A stretch of 64,000 nucleotides of DNA from Candidatus Bathyarchaeota archaeon (GCA_963775685.1 CAVZJV010000014.1:1216001-1280000); one strand, 5' to 3'. Positions 20,504 to 31,878 are shown, numbered from the stretch's first letter. Program-made: numbers and translations. Notes: generated from the letters alone by a model not told the origin.

Positions 20504-21526
20504 TTAGATTTCCCTGCCTGCAAGCTTTTCTCTCTGCAAAAATGAATTTCGTTTAAAATCTGGACCTAAACGTTCAGTTGCCGAAGCCACGAGGAACGGA
20601 AAAACCATTAGTGCTTCACCTATAACAGTCACATGGTCGGCTGAACCCTTCATTTTGCCCCAACTTACTGTTTCCTCAAGCGTTGAACCTGATAATCCGC
20701 CTGTTTCAGGGCGGTCCAAAGTAATTACCACTGCGTAGTCCAAGCCTTTTTTGGATGCGAGCGCTGAAGATTGGATGGTATTGCGTGGGACTCCGCCACC
20801 GATAATTATCATGCCGTTTTTGGGTGATTTAGTGCATATGTTGCAGACTGTGGGAACGTCTTTGAAGGCGTCTACTAATAGGACGTTTTTCTGGTTTTTC
20901 TGGGAGGCGTGGAGCCAGTGGATGAAGCCGAATTCTGAGTCGCGAACAGATGGAAGGAAAATTGGAACGTTTTCTTCGTAGGCGGCTCGGAGGATGGAGT
21001 TTTTGTCGGTTAAGCGTTTGCCTATTTCATATGCGAACTCGTTTGAAGCTAAACCGTCCCCTTTTCGTTCCTTGGTGATATCTGCGTATATTTCGGAAAG
21101 TTTGAAGTCCAATCGGACGTAGTCTTCTTCAGGAACAAAGATATCGTAAATTCGGAATAGATGGTACTTATAGAGTTCGGCGTCGTTTACTGCCCAGCCG
21201 CCCTTGTAGTGGTGTCCTCCAACCGCTTCTATAGCATCGTGAACCATGCAGGCGCCCGTGCTTACAATTACATCCACAAGGTGGTTGCGAATCAAATCTG
21301 CAACTATAGTACGCATTCCCGCTGGAACCACAGCACCCGACAACCCCAAAAAAACTGTGCAATCTTTTTCTCGAAGCATTTTCTCGTAAATGTCACATGC
21401 AGCCGCTAACCGCCCAGCGCCAAGCGAACCTGAATTCTTGAATTGCTGCATTAGCTCGTCAACGGTCAGCGCGCCACTTATTTTTATGTGGTTTACGGGT
21501 TCTTTTAGGTAATCTTTTCTATCCAT
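20504..21526 (-). CDS. dhs: Deoxyhypusine synthase
   Basis: SGAVVPAG, STGA..HD, GGGVP, GGLSGS...E.VSWGK. Confidence 0.9.
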   Translation of the reverse strand: MDRKDYLKEPVNHIKISGALTVDELMQQFKNSGSLGAGRLAAACDIYEKMLREKDCTVFLGLSGAVVPAGMRTIVADLIRNHLVDVIVSTGACMVHDAIEAVGGHHYKGGWAVNDAELYKYHLFRIYDIFVPEEDYVRLDFKLSEIYADITKERKGDGLASNEFAYEIGKRLTDKNSILRAAYEENVPIFLPSVRDSEFGFIHWLHASQKNQKNVLLVDAFKDVPTVCNICTKSPKNGMIIIGGGVPRNTIQSSALASKKGLDYAVVITLDRPETGGLSGSTLEETVSWGKMKGSADHVTVIGEALMVFPFLVASATERLGPDFKRNSFLQREKLAGREI

Positions 21527-21974
21527 CCGATAATTAACGCCTTAATCAGTATTCCTTGTGAATGCAAGAAAAAAGGTTTTTCATATCAAAGCGCAAGAAA
21601 GATCTTAGCCAATGAGGTTTTTTAAGAATTGGAACTTTTTTTAGGAAAAGAATTAAACATAACGTTATAGGAGCGTAACAGCGGTGACTATGGGAACCAA
21701 ATATAGGAGATATGTCTAACAAGCTAACCTTAAGCCTAGCAACCCATGGTTGAGCGTTTCTAAAATTATTGCGTGAAAGTAGAAAATAGGTTAAGTATTT
21801 TGCGCTTATTGCTTGTGTTAATTATCAGTTTATTTTAGCTGTTTTTTAAGCATGCAATATGTTAAAAGCCATAAAAATAGGCAACGGGAAAAAAATTTAG
21901 CGAAATATATTTTAAGATGAGCGTTCCAAAATTTGGAACAAAAAAGAAGGGGAATATATTTGCTGTTTGGTTTT

Positions 21975-24623
21975 TTATGGTCGCCTTCTAATTAGAATGG
22001 CCATTATAGCACCAACAATGGCGATTGCGATGATTATAGCGGCTGTTGAGAGGGCGAAGTACATTTCTGTTGGCGTCGAACTGACAACTGGAGCGATAGT
22101 TGGTGTTGAAGCTGGTTCGGTGGCATAGAAGGCTGTTGAAGCTGACGATGGATAGTATGATTCTGAGCCTACAAATGTTGCGATGATTATGAAGTCGCCG
22201 GCGATGTCTGGAGTCCAAGTTAGACTGTAGGTGCCATAAATGTTGCTTGTAGCTGTACCGATCGGGCGATAGTTGCCGTTTGCATCAACAACATTGATGG
22301 TTACTGGCACTCCAGATACGTCGTTTGGCAATGGCTGCTGCATATACACAGTTTCCATCCATGAACTCATGCTTGAATCAGACATGCATGGGAGACCGTT
22401 GGGGAAGTTTAATGCTATTGCAACTTGCTGTGAACCTGCAGAGATATCAGTGACTGTTCCAGTTATGGTCACTGGCGTTGCTGTTGACACGCCAACGCCT
22501 GGTGCGTCAACGGTAACTTTGCTGGGTCCCTTGGCGTAAGCATAGATCTGGTTGTCATATGCGTTCAAATCTAACATAACTCCGTATGCAGTTACAGGGT
22601 GGCTGTCAACGTTAAATGAGTCTATTGACCAAACAAGCTCGCCTGTCGTGCAGTTGATTGCCAGTTGCTGTGCTCCAAGAAATAGTGGTGGACTGTATTC
22701 GTGTCCTTCTGAGAGGAACAAGAGCCCGTCAGCGACACCTCCATTGCTGAAGGTCCATATTGGCCAAATGCCATAGGGGCTGTTAGTGCCTGCTGGACCC
22801 TGAAGTGCTGTTGTGTTGGTATACCAGTTGATTGCTCCAGTTAAAATGTTTATAGACCATATGTCGCCGCCCATGCCTGCATAATACAGCGAGTTACCTG
22901 CAACAATCGAACAATAGCCACCGACTGTGCTGTAAGCGTCTGGGGTTGCTCCGTTAGAACCTGTAAGCGGGGTTGTCCAAAGTTCTTCTCCAGTGGTCAT
23001 ACTGTAACCGCTCATTGAGAATGCAGCTTTGAGAGATATTGTGAAAACTCCGTCACCGCAAGTGGATCCACCTGTGTTAACGTCTCCATCAAAGGGTGTC
23101 AATGTTATGTTTCTTATCCATAGCTGTTGCCCAGTGTTTGCACTGTAGCCTGCAAAGACGCCCCATCCGCCTTGGTAATAGCTGCTTGTGCCAGGCGCGT
23201 ATAGATTCATAACTATAGTAGTGCCGTCATTATTCCGTATCCCAAGATTCCCAGGTAAAGCGGTACCTGAAATGTTAGTAGATACTGGCATTGACCACAT
23301 TATTCCGTTTGAGAAATCAATTTGGGCGTTTTGTGTAGGTCTCCATTGCCAAGCCGCTGCGCCGTTGGTTCCTTCAACAATACATTGGGTCGAATTCCAC
23401 TTGTTTAGTGTATGATCGGTGTTATTGACATAGTAGCCTACCAGGTTGCCCGATTCGTCAGTGGTCATCGACATTGTAGTGCCGTTGACAACACTCAGAA
23501 CATATTTTCCTGTCATAGCGTCAAACATGTTCCAGCAAGTTCCAGTCGACTTTACCCCGTCGAGTGCCCCTTGAGTCCACACATATGCGATGCCACCGTA
23601 TTGGTTGGGAGATACATAATCGAGTATTTGACCGTAGTAGAAGGGAGTAACTAAGCCATCCGAAGTTAGAGCAGTCTGCGCAAGAGTGCCGCCACCATAG
23701 TTGGTAGCATCATTAATCCACACTGTCTGACCCGTATACAAGTCTATGCAAACGTCTGCGACAGGATTCCTTGAACTTCCCGGAAACTGAGTGTAATAGA
23801 GGTAGCCGTTAATTACCAAGGCCTCAAATTTGTGCTCATACTGCTCAGTTGAGTAATAATTTCCGTAAGTAGTTGATCCGCCGAATTGTCCTCCGAGTAC
23901 TCCTCCAAATGCGACAGGCTTTGTCCATATAATATGGGGGGTTTTTGGCGCTTCAGTGTAGGGGTTATAGTTTGAGCTGACGTTGTAGAGGGCACCACTG
24001 CTGGTACTGTATCCTGTGACTAAAAGCGAAGCCCCTGCTAACGGATACCAATTGTGGACGTTCATTGCGTTTATTGGGGTCTGCCAGTAACTTGTCGGGA
24101 GTGGAGCTGTTGAAACTCCTCCAACTGGTTCCTGCTGCACCGTAAGCGTTACGACACTGCTAGTGCTGGGTAGAAAAACATCGCCTTTAAACGCTGATGG
24201 AGGTGCACCTGGACGGGAATTGCTATCTGTTAGCGTCCATCCTGCAAAGAACATCTGGAAGGTATAAGTGCCAAGTTGGCTTGGAGTAATTGTCGTGTAG
24301 GTTCCGCCTGTATCGTCAGTTGTGAAAGGACCCAATGTTTGGGTGGTTCCGTCTGGCAATGTCATTTTAACCGTTATGTTACCGAATCTATCACCGTAGG
24401 GACCGCTTGCCGTTGGTGGCGGCTCATTAATCCAGAAGCCAACCGTAACTGTTTGTCCTATGCCAGCAGGGTCAGGTGCAACGTGGATAAAAGAGCTAGT
24501 CAGAATTTGCCATGGTGGTGTATGTGCATTAACGCTTGGTAACAGTACTATTGAAGTTCCAATTGAAACTGTCAAAATTGCCGCAATCAAAATAGCTATA
24601 GTTTTATTTTTAAGATTTTGCAT
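21975..24623 (-). CDS. Secreted membrane-anchored beta-propeller (PQQ-binding-like repeat) surface protein
   Basis: Signal peptide, repeated ..TG...W blade motifs, Ig-like ends, S/T/P linker, C-terminal TM + RRP. Confidence 0.8.
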   Translation of the reverse strand: MQNLKNKTIAILIAAILTVSIGTSIVLLPSVNAHTPPWQILTSSFIHVAPDPAGIGQTVTVGFWINEPPPTASGPYGDRFGNITVKMTLPDGTTQTLGPFTTDDTGGTYTTITPSQLGTYTFQMFFAGWTLTDSNSRPGAPPSAFKGDVFLPSTSSVVTLTVQQEPVGGVSTAPLPTSYWQTPINAMNVHNWYPLAGASLLVTGYSTSSGALYNVSSNYNPYTEAPKTPHIIWTKPVAFGGVLGGQFGGSTTYGNYYSTEQYEHKFEALVINGYLYYTQFPGSSRNPVADVCIDLYTGQTVWINDATNYGGGTLAQTALTSDGLVTPFYYGQILDYVSPNQYGGIAYVWTQGALDGVKSTGTCWNMFDAMTGKYVLSVVNGTTMSMTTDESGNLVGYYVNNTDHTLNKWNSTQCIVEGTNGAAAWQWRPTQNAQIDFSNGIMWSMPVSTNISGTALPGNLGIRNNDGTTIVMNLYAPGTSSYYQGGWGVFAGYSANTGQQLWIRNITLTPFDGDVNTGGSTCGDGVFTISLKAAFSMSGYSMTTGEELWTTPLTGSNGATPDAYSTVGGYCSIVAGNSLYYAGMGGDIWSINILTGAINWYTNTTALQGPAGTNSPYGIWPIWTFSNGGVADGLLFLSEGHEYSPPLFLGAQQLAINCTTGELVWSIDSFNVDSHPVTAYGVMLDLNAYDNQIYAYAKGPSKVTVDAPGVGVSTATPVTITGTVTDISAGSQQVAIALNFPNGLPCMSDSSMSSWMETVYMQQPLPNDVSGVPVTINVVDANGNYRPIGTATSNIYGTYSLTWTPDIAGDFIIIATFVGSESYYPSSASTAFYATEPASTPTIAPVVSSTPTEMYFALSTAAIIIAIAIVGAIMAILIRRRP

Positions 24624-24917
24624 TTTTCTTTCCTCTTAACTTTTATATCGACAAGAAATCAACTAAATCAAACGTACCGCATAAATCAATGGTTTTATTC
24701 GATTTTCTTTATAAAGTTATGGTAAAAAAATTATTTTACTAATATAAAGGAATATTGCACAAAAAATGAATATACAAAATTAAGAGGCACTTCCAATTTT
24801 TTGAGGATTTTAAGAACCTCTCAATGCTCTTTTCTTTGAGATACCTTGGGTTTTAATAAGTCATAGAATAACTTTAAACAAAAAAAGGAAGATTGTTTAT
24901 TGTTGAGTTTCTTGTGT

Positions 24918-27668
24918 TTATGGTCGTTTTCGCAGCATCAATACCATAATTAAGGCGCCAATAATGACGACTACAATTATGATTGCAGCTACTCCTATCA
25001 TGAAGTCGGTTGTCGTTGCAAAGTTACCTGTTGAAGACGTAGGTGTTGGTGTTGAGGAGGATGCTTCGCTTGCATAGAAGTGGGTTTGAGCAGTAGAACC
25101 ATAGTATGCGCCTGAACCTGAGAACGTGGCAATGACTGTGTAAGAACCTGCAATGTCAGGTGTCCAAGTAAAGCCATATGCGCCTGTGCCGTCACTTACT
25201 GTGTTGCCAATGATTCTGGAGTTGCCATTAGAGTCAACAACGCTTAAGGTAACTGGAACTCCCATTAAGCTATCGTGTGGAATCGGCTGTTGCATGTAGA
25301 CAGCTTCCATGAAGGATGTTTGGCTTTCGTCAGAGACTGCTGGGAGACCGTTGGGGAAGTTTGCTGCGACTGCTTCTTGTTTTGCGCCTGCTGAGACATC
25401 GGTCACGGTGCCTGTTATTGTTATTGGCGTTGCAGTTGTAATTCCCACTTGTGGTGCAGAAACTGTAGTAGCGCTTGGACCTTGTCCAAAGGCATATATT
25501 TGGTTGTCATATGCATTCAAGTTCGTCATAATTCCGTAGGCTAACTCTGGATTGCTGTTGACATTAAATGAGTCTATTGTCCATACAAGATCGCCAGTTG
25601 TGCAGTTAATTGCCAGTTGCTGTGATCCAATGAATAGTGGTGGTGAATACTCGTGTCCTTCTCCAAGGAACATTATTCCGCCGCCGCCTCCAATTCCGGT
25701 TTGCACCCAAATAGGCCAAATGTTGTAGGGCGTGTTATAGCCGGCATCACCAGTAAATTTAGTAGTATTTGTGTACCAGTTAACAGAGCCATCTGCCATG
25801 GATAGAGACCAAATGTCGCCGCCAAAGCCAAAGAGGTAGAAGTTATCGCCGTAGATGTTTCCTTTAATTCCACCAATTGTGTTGTAAGGATTCATGTCCG
25901 CGCCGTTATCGCCTTTAAGTGTTGTTGTCCATACTTGATTACCTGTAGTGACGCTGAAAGCAGAAACTTCGCCTGTCTCTTTGATAACAGTTGTAAAGAC
26001 TCCGTCGCCAACGTTGCCATAGTTGTCCAGGTTAACTGCAGTGTAAGGCGTGAATGATATGTTCTTTACGAATAGTTGGGCACCAGTGTTTATGTCATAG
26101 CCAGTAAACATGTCAGAGCCTGTTTGGAAGTAGTTTGTGAGTCCGGCATTATTTAACGAGTAAAGAATTGCAACTCCGCTATTAACTCCCATAATTGTCC
26201 AACCTGTCGGTTGACCTGTAGGTAGTTGATATGCAGCCATTATTCCTTTTGAGTAATCAATGACGAGATTCTGTGTAGGTCTCCAGTTCCAGCCTGAACC
26301 AGATGTACCTGCCCAGCCTGCGCCAAGCATAATGCACTGTGTTGAGTTCCAAACTTCAAGCAAAGTGTTGCCTGCAGTATTGGTGACTTGTGTGGGTTCA
26401 GGTCCAATGACAGGCTGAATTTCACCATAGATTGTTTGTGTGCCAACAGAAGTATTAGTATAGTAATCTATGAAATCGCCAACTGCATCCACAGTATGTC
26501 CATACGAAAAGCCCGTGCCGTTAACAATGCTAAGGATGTATTTACCGGTCATGGCATCGAACATGTTCAAAGCAGATCCGCGGGAGACTATTCCATCAGG
26601 TGTTCCGCTAGTCCATAGATAGGCGATTCCGCCATATTGGTTAGGTGATACGTAATCGAGCACTTGACCACTCACCAAACGAGTGACTTGGCCATTGCTA
26701 TCTAGAGCAGTTTGGGCTGGAGAACCACCGCCATAGTTGGTAGCATCGTCAACCCATACTGTTTCACCAGTGTATAAGTTTACACAAACGTTGGCAGTAG
26801 GATTAGTTGAGCTTCCTGGGAATTGAGTGTAATAGAGGTAGCCGTTGATAACAATCGGATTATATTTGCGTTCATATTGAGCGGTTGAATAGTAGTTGCC
26901 GAAGGTTGTTGTTCCACCTGCATCTCCACCTATAGCACCGCCAAAAGCGATTGGTTTTGTCCAGAGGATGTGTGCCGTAAGCGGGGCAGTACTGTAGGGA
27001 TTAAAGTTAGTAGTAGTGTTGTAGTTAGATGCTCCTTTACCTGCACTGTAGCCGATGTAAAGGCCAAGATAAGGACCGCCGATTGCATACCAGTTGTTAA
27101 CGTTCAAAGCGTTTATCGGAGTTTGCCAGTATTGAGTTGGAAGACCGGTATTTGGAAGAGTTGGTACTGATTCTTGTTGTACAAGAAGAGTTGTAACATC
27201 GCTTACAGCGGGCAGAATTGTATCATTGATATAACTTGGATTGCTGATACCAGTTAGTCCATATTGACCGCCGTTTAATGTTTGTCCTGGATAAGTCATT
27301 TGGAATTTGTATTCGCCAAGCTGGTCTGGAGTATACCGTGTACTTGTTCCACCAGTATCGTCAGATGTAAAGGGCCCAAGAGTTTCATTCGTTCCGTCAG
27401 GCTTAATAACATGTACTGTGAAAGGCCCGAAGCGGTCTCCGTAGATGGTGCCTGCTGTCATTGGGGGTTCGTTAAGCCAGAAGCCAACAGTAACGGTTTG
27501 GCCGAGCCCTGCAGGGTTAGGTCCAACGTTAACGAAAGCGAAGAGTTGAATTTCCCATGGTGGAGTGTGAGCGCCTGTGTTTGGTAATAGAACTATTGAA
27601 GCTGATGCTGAAATTGCTAAAATTGCAACGAAGATAATGGATAGGGTTTTATTTTTTAGATTTTCCAT
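24918..27668 (-). CDS. Paralogous PQQ-like beta-propeller surface protein
   Basis: Same architecture; shared HTPPW, SPNQYGG, GHEYSPPLF, LNAYDNQIY blocks; TM + KRP. Confidence 0.8.
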   Translation of the reverse strand: MENLKNKTLSIIFVAILAISASASIVLLPNTGAHTPPWEIQLFAFVNVGPNPAGLGQTVTVGFWLNEPPMTAGTIYGDRFGPFTVHVIKPDGTNETLGPFTSDDTGGTSTRYTPDQLGEYKFQMTYPGQTLNGGQYGLTGISNPSYINDTILPAVSDVTTLLVQQESVPTLPNTGLPTQYWQTPINALNVNNWYAIGGPYLGLYIGYSAGKGASNYNTTTNFNPYSTAPLTAHILWTKPIAFGGAIGGDAGGTTTFGNYYSTAQYERKYNPIVINGYLYYTQFPGSSTNPTANVCVNLYTGETVWVDDATNYGGGSPAQTALDSNGQVTRLVSGQVLDYVSPNQYGGIAYLWTSGTPDGIVSRGSALNMFDAMTGKYILSIVNGTGFSYGHTVDAVGDFIDYYTNTSVGTQTIYGEIQPVIGPEPTQVTNTAGNTLLEVWNSTQCIMLGAGWAGTSGSGWNWRPTQNLVIDYSKGIMAAYQLPTGQPTGWTIMGVNSGVAILYSLNNAGLTNYFQTGSDMFTGYDINTGAQLFVKNISFTPYTAVNLDNYGNVGDGVFTTVIKETGEVSAFSVTTGNQVWTTTLKGDNGADMNPYNTIGGIKGNIYGDNFYLFGFGGDIWSLSMADGSVNWYTNTTKFTGDAGYNTPYNIWPIWVQTGIGGGGGIMFLGEGHEYSPPLFIGSQQLAINCTTGDLVWTIDSFNVNSNPELAYGIMTNLNAYDNQIYAFGQGPSATTVSAPQVGITTATPITITGTVTDVSAGAKQEAVAANFPNGLPAVSDESQTSFMEAVYMQQPIPHDSLMGVPVTLSVVDSNGNSRIIGNTVSDGTGAYGFTWTPDIAGSYTVIATFSGSGAYYGSTAQTHFYASEASSSTPTPTSSTGNFATTTDFMIGVAAIIIVVVIIGALIMVLMLRKRP

Positions 27669-28044
27669 TTTTTTCTTTTCCTATTTTTTTTAAGCAAAAG
27701 CTCGCTTTGCGCTAAAATGTGTGCTTTTGCCTTCTAGTTTAACAAGAAGGGATTCATTTAAGCTTGTCGGAAGTGCTCACTTATGACATTTGTTTCCTCA
27801 AAAAGCAAATGTTCCAAAAAAATTCAAAAATTGATCCAATGCAGAGAAACAAAATACATCATTAAATTAAATACAACTATTATATCCTAAAACTATTAAA
27901 ATAGAAAAATAGTAAGGTATTGTTTTCAACTGATGACCGACTTCTAAAGAGCAAAAACGTTGGCACCGCTCCAACTATCAGTCACTGACCAAGACCAGGT
28001 TGTTTTGAGTTAAACTTTTATTAAATAACAAGTAACTTGACAAT

Positions 28045-29019
28045 ATGGTTAAATTCCTATACAATAGACAACTGTACGAAATAATTATTCAGAAATCATC
28101 AGAGACTAAAAAGACCTTACTTGTGTGCTCTCCCTCTATTGGCTCGAGTGCCCACAATATTTTTTCGCAAGAAATATTAAAGAACCCTCCATCCGACATA
28201 AGGTTCCTCTTCCGACTAAACGAGTTTGCAGTAAAAAATGGCGAAGTCGATCCGTATGAAATACAGTACCTAATAGAACACTTTAAGGACAGCAACATTA
28301 AATACAGCGACAATTTTCATTCGACCATTTACATTTTTGACAATTTGGCACTGGTAACTTCTGCCCCATTTACAAAAATAGCTTTGGAAATCAATATTGA
28401 AACTGGAGTGTTGCTTGAAGGGACAGAGGCAGAGGAAATAAAGAGCTTCTTTAATGACTATTTATGGAATTCTGCAAAATCGATAGCTGATTTAAAGAAG
28501 TATAAGCAAATGTGGAATTTAGCTCAGAAAATATCGAAAAAAAGTAATATTAAAAAAGTGAAGCCTCACACTGAAATCAAAGATTGGACAAACAACTACA
28601 TCAACACATGGTACATTGGCGTTCCAAGATGGTTACCTCCAAAATTTGAACGCAAAATAAAGAAGGAAACTAACTGGCGAACTGGTCTTTCAGTGCTTGG
28701 AGACATTGGTTACAGTGCCTTTTTGCATCTTAAACTTGGTGACAACGCATATGTAGCCGACTTAAGCAAACGTGGCAAAATACGAATTACATTAGTCCGA
28801 ATAACTGATAAAGCACGCATAGAAACTGATGAAGGAGATTACCACGCGTCCTATGAACCAGGAAAAACATACCAGCTACCAAGAGAACAATTCTATGAAA
28901 TGCTAAAAAACTCTAACATCAAGTCTAAAACCTCCGAAATCATACTCAATAATGATCGACTAAACCAAATAGACACCGTTCTCGCTTCAATCAAACGGAA
29001 AAGAAAACGCAAATCTTAG
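28045..29019 (+). CDS. Phospholipase D-like (Nuc-type) domain protein with degenerate HKD motif and a C-terminal domain
   Basis: VCSP, FHSTIYIFD..ALVTSAPFT...N.E.GV pattern. Confidence 0.6.
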   Translation: MVKFLYNRQLYEIIIQKSSETKKTLLVCSPSIGSSAHNIFSQEILKNPPSDIRFLFRLNEFAVKNGEVDPYEIQYLIEHFKDSNIKYSDNFHSTIYIFDNLALVTSAPFTKIALEINIETGVLLEGTEAEEIKSFFNDYLWNSAKSIADLKKYKQMWNLAQKISKKSNIKKVKPHTEIKDWTNNYINTWYIGVPRWLPPKFERKIKKETNWRTGLSVLGDIGYSAFLHLKLGDNAYVADLSKRGKIRITLVRITDKARIETDEGDYHASYEPGKTYQLPREQFYEMLKNSNIKSKTSEIILNNDRLNQIDTVLASIKRKRKRKS

Positions 29020-29065
29020 CTACCTCCACATATGGTTTATTACGTTGCGTTCTTGATTTTTCGGG

Positions 29066-29716
29066 ATGCAACCTGAAGAGAAAAACACATCGTTGGAATA
29101 TCACTGGAGTCAATATAGATGCCCCAGAGGTGTTTCCGGAAAAACAGTTGCTGCAAACATGAACGAGGGACACTGGGACTTGACAACTTGGGGTCTTAAA
29201 CACGTAAGAATCAAGTCGGATTCTGTAATCTTGGATGTTGGTTGCGGCGGAGGCAAAACCATAAATCGTCTAGCAAGGCAGGTGGTTCAGGGGAAAGTTT
29301 ACGGTATAGACCACTCTGCAGATATGGTTGATTATTCAAGACAAGCCAACAAAGAGTTGATAGCAACTGAACGAGTGGAAATTGTTCAGGGCACAATTGA
29401 GAAAACAATTTTCAAAGACGGCTTCTTTGACCTGGTAACAGCCATAGAGACCTATTATTTTTGGCCTAATCTTGCTCAAGCTTTTCGAGAAGTAAAGCGT
29501 ATTCTGAAGGACGGAGGGTGCCTTCTTATCATAAGCGAAATGATTAAGGATGGGGCATATGAAGTTGAGAACGCGGAAATAATCGCTAAAACTCAGGTAC
29601 GTCTTGTATCGTTGCAGGAAATGCAGAAGATGCTCTATTCTGCTGGATTCATCAGTATAGAGATTTATAGAAAGAGAAAATCAGACTGGAATGCGATTCT
29701 TGCCCAGAAATTATAA
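29066..29716 (+). CDS. Class I SAM-dependent methyltransferase
   Basis: ILDVGCGGG, GIDHS, FDLVTA.ET.YFWP. Confidence 0.85.
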   Translation: MQPEEKNTSLEYHWSQYRCPRGVSGKTVAANMNEGHWDLTTWGLKHVRIKSDSVILDVGCGGGKTINRLARQVVQGKVYGIDHSADMVDYSRQANKELIATERVEIVQGTIEKTIFKDGFFDLVTAIETYYFWPNLAQAFREVKRILKDGGCLLIISEMIKDGAYEVENAEIIAKTQVRLVSLQEMQKMLYSAGFISIEIYRKRKSDWNAILAQKL

Positions 29717-30013
29717 TCCATCAGTTAAAATGAAGTATATAATGTCGTTTTGCCCTATCATAAATCTCACGACTAAAAGTAGATAGATTTAATGTAGGAA
29801 CCACACTTATTTAACTCTCAAGATTACTTAGGGAAGTCTGTGCTAAGAAGTAATTGTTAACGGTCCTTTGATTAATTCAACTGGTGGAGGCTCATGGCAA
29901 GTCTTCTATCCGTTAACTGTGTCTCCCAATAAAACTGAATGGCGTTCTTACTTGATTTCTTTTTCTAAAAGGCTATAAGCGGTTAATTCCAATGTAATCA
30001 TTAATGTAATTGA

Positions 30014-31555
30014 GTGGGAGCATATAACGCCTTGAAGTTTAATTTAAACTTCAGATCAGCATTCTTCATTTTTGCAATATGCTACCTCAGCATCCTCATA
30101 AGTTTTCTAATCATAAATTTTCCCAATATGCCAATCCAATGGGATGAAGCTGCCCATCTTGACAATGGATTGTTCCTAAGACTTGGAATGTTCGACAAGT
30201 TCACAGGAAACCTTTTCTATCCACCTCTTTATGATGTTCTAACGTTTCTATCCTATAGCCTCTTTGGCGTAAGTGTTGTATCTGCGAGAGTAATTGATGC
30301 AGTCTTCTCTGTCCTTCTTTTGTGGGTAGTATTTGAATTCACTAACAAAGCGTATGACGGAAAAACAGCCTTGTTAGCATCAGTTTTTCTAAGTATAATG
30401 CCAGGCTATTTTGTGGCTTCCCACACTGCGATGTTGGATATAACAATGGCGTTCTTTTTTGCCTTATCCATATTTTTCCTCTTTCTATGGCTGCAAAATA
30501 ATAATGATAAAATGTTAATTTTCACTGCAATAGCTCTGTTTGCAGGCTTCTTTGCTAAATACCAAATTATTATAGCTGTTCTCGTCATTTTTATTGCTGT
30601 CTTGACACTCTCTGGTGGTCGGCTCAAGAAGCCGCTTCCAAAGAAGCACTATATTACAATAATCTTGATACTGTCAGCCATAGTGTATCTAACATACAGC
30701 TTACGCTCCTACATTGCAATGTGGCTGAAAGTTATTTTCATGAACACTACAGGCAGCCTAACCATAGAACCTGCCTTCTATTTGACCCAAACCCAGAGCA
30801 TCTACTCAACAATTCACCCTATTTCACTATTGATGTACATCTTTGGTTTCATCGGCTTGGGAATATTCGCCTTCAGGAGACAAAAGATCGACAAACTTCT
30901 TTTGATGTGGTTTATAATAATCCTAATTTTTTACACCTTACTCCCAAACAAAAATTGGAGATACGCCCTTCCTTTCTACCCAGTTTTGGCAATTTCCGCA
31001 TCAGTTTTTGTTACAGTCATCTATGCCAAGCTACGAAGTAACAAGAAAACTTATGTAAGAAGTGGGGCCATAGTACTGCTAGCTTTGGTTTGCGTATCGT
31101 TGTTTCAGAGTGTAAGCGATAACGTAGCATGGATAGACTCCGAAAAAATCCCCTTCTCTTTGGAGAAAACCGTGAACTATGCTATAACACATAACAGCTC
31201 AAATCAATCATTGCTGGTGCTTTGTCCTAATAACATTTTCAGTTTTGGAATCGTAGAATTCTATCTTCTTAAGAATGGTGGAACCCAAATGCAACTATAC
31301 AGTTATCCTACCTCAACAACAGCGGATCCCACTTGGAACATTGATACTCTAATTGATCTTTGTAGACAAAATGACATAAAATTTCTTTTCATCACCGAAT
31401 ATCTCGGAGAGAAGATTAGCTATCTTAATTTGACGTTAATGGATGTTTTTGTCCAAATATACGAGTCAGGGAACTTCACTCATATAACTCCGGAGCAAAC
31501 GTTTGGTCAATTCCCAAGAAGAATATACGTCTTAAACTTCACAGGGATGAATTAA
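30014..31555 (+). CDS. GT-C fold membrane glycosyltransferase (PMT/ArnT-like)
   Basis: WDEA.H, YPPLY, many TM helices, RY.LP. Confidence 0.75.
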   Translation: MGAYNALKFNLNFRSAFFIFAICYLSILISFLIINFPNMPIQWDEAAHLDNGLFLRLGMFDKFTGNLFYPPLYDVLTFLSYSLFGVSVVSARVIDAVFSVLLLWVVFEFTNKAYDGKTALLASVFLSIMPGYFVASHTAMLDITMAFFFALSIFFLFLWLQNNNDKMLIFTAIALFAGFFAKYQIIIAVLVIFIAVLTLSGGRLKKPLPKKHYITIILILSAIVYLTYSLRSYIAMWLKVIFMNTTGSLTIEPAFYLTQTQSIYSTIHPISLLMYIFGFIGLGIFAFRRQKIDKLLLMWFIIILIFYTLLPNKNWRYALPFYPVLAISASVFVTVIYAKLRSNKKTYVRSGAIVLLALVCVSLFQSVSDNVAWIDSEKIPFSLEKTVNYAITHNSSNQSLLVLCPNNIFSFGIVEFYLLKNGGTQMQLYSYPTSTTADPTWNIDTLIDLCRQNDIKFLFITEYLGEKISYLNLTLMDVFVQIYESGNFTHITPEQTFGQFPRRIYVLNFTGMN

Positions 31556-31878
31556 ACTTCACACCGTCAAGTTTAGACTAAGTATACGATTGGGTAAAAA
31601 TTATAATGGTGTTTTTTGGCGACATATTTAAGCGCTTTCCGATCTTAATAAAACAAGAGTATTTTTTGAATACTCCAGAGTTAAGGCTCCAAGCCTAATA
31701 AATAAGGCAAGTATGCAATAGGCTACCTATAGAGTCTTTGGAGAAAAGAGTGAAATGCAAATGCGTTGGTGAGTAAGTCAACTTTAGTTTTAACCAGAGC
31801 CTACCCTTCTTAGCCCCTTTTGAGGATTTAAAAAAAGAAAGGGAATTGGGAGAATTCAGTATAAATGCCAGAGGAAAA

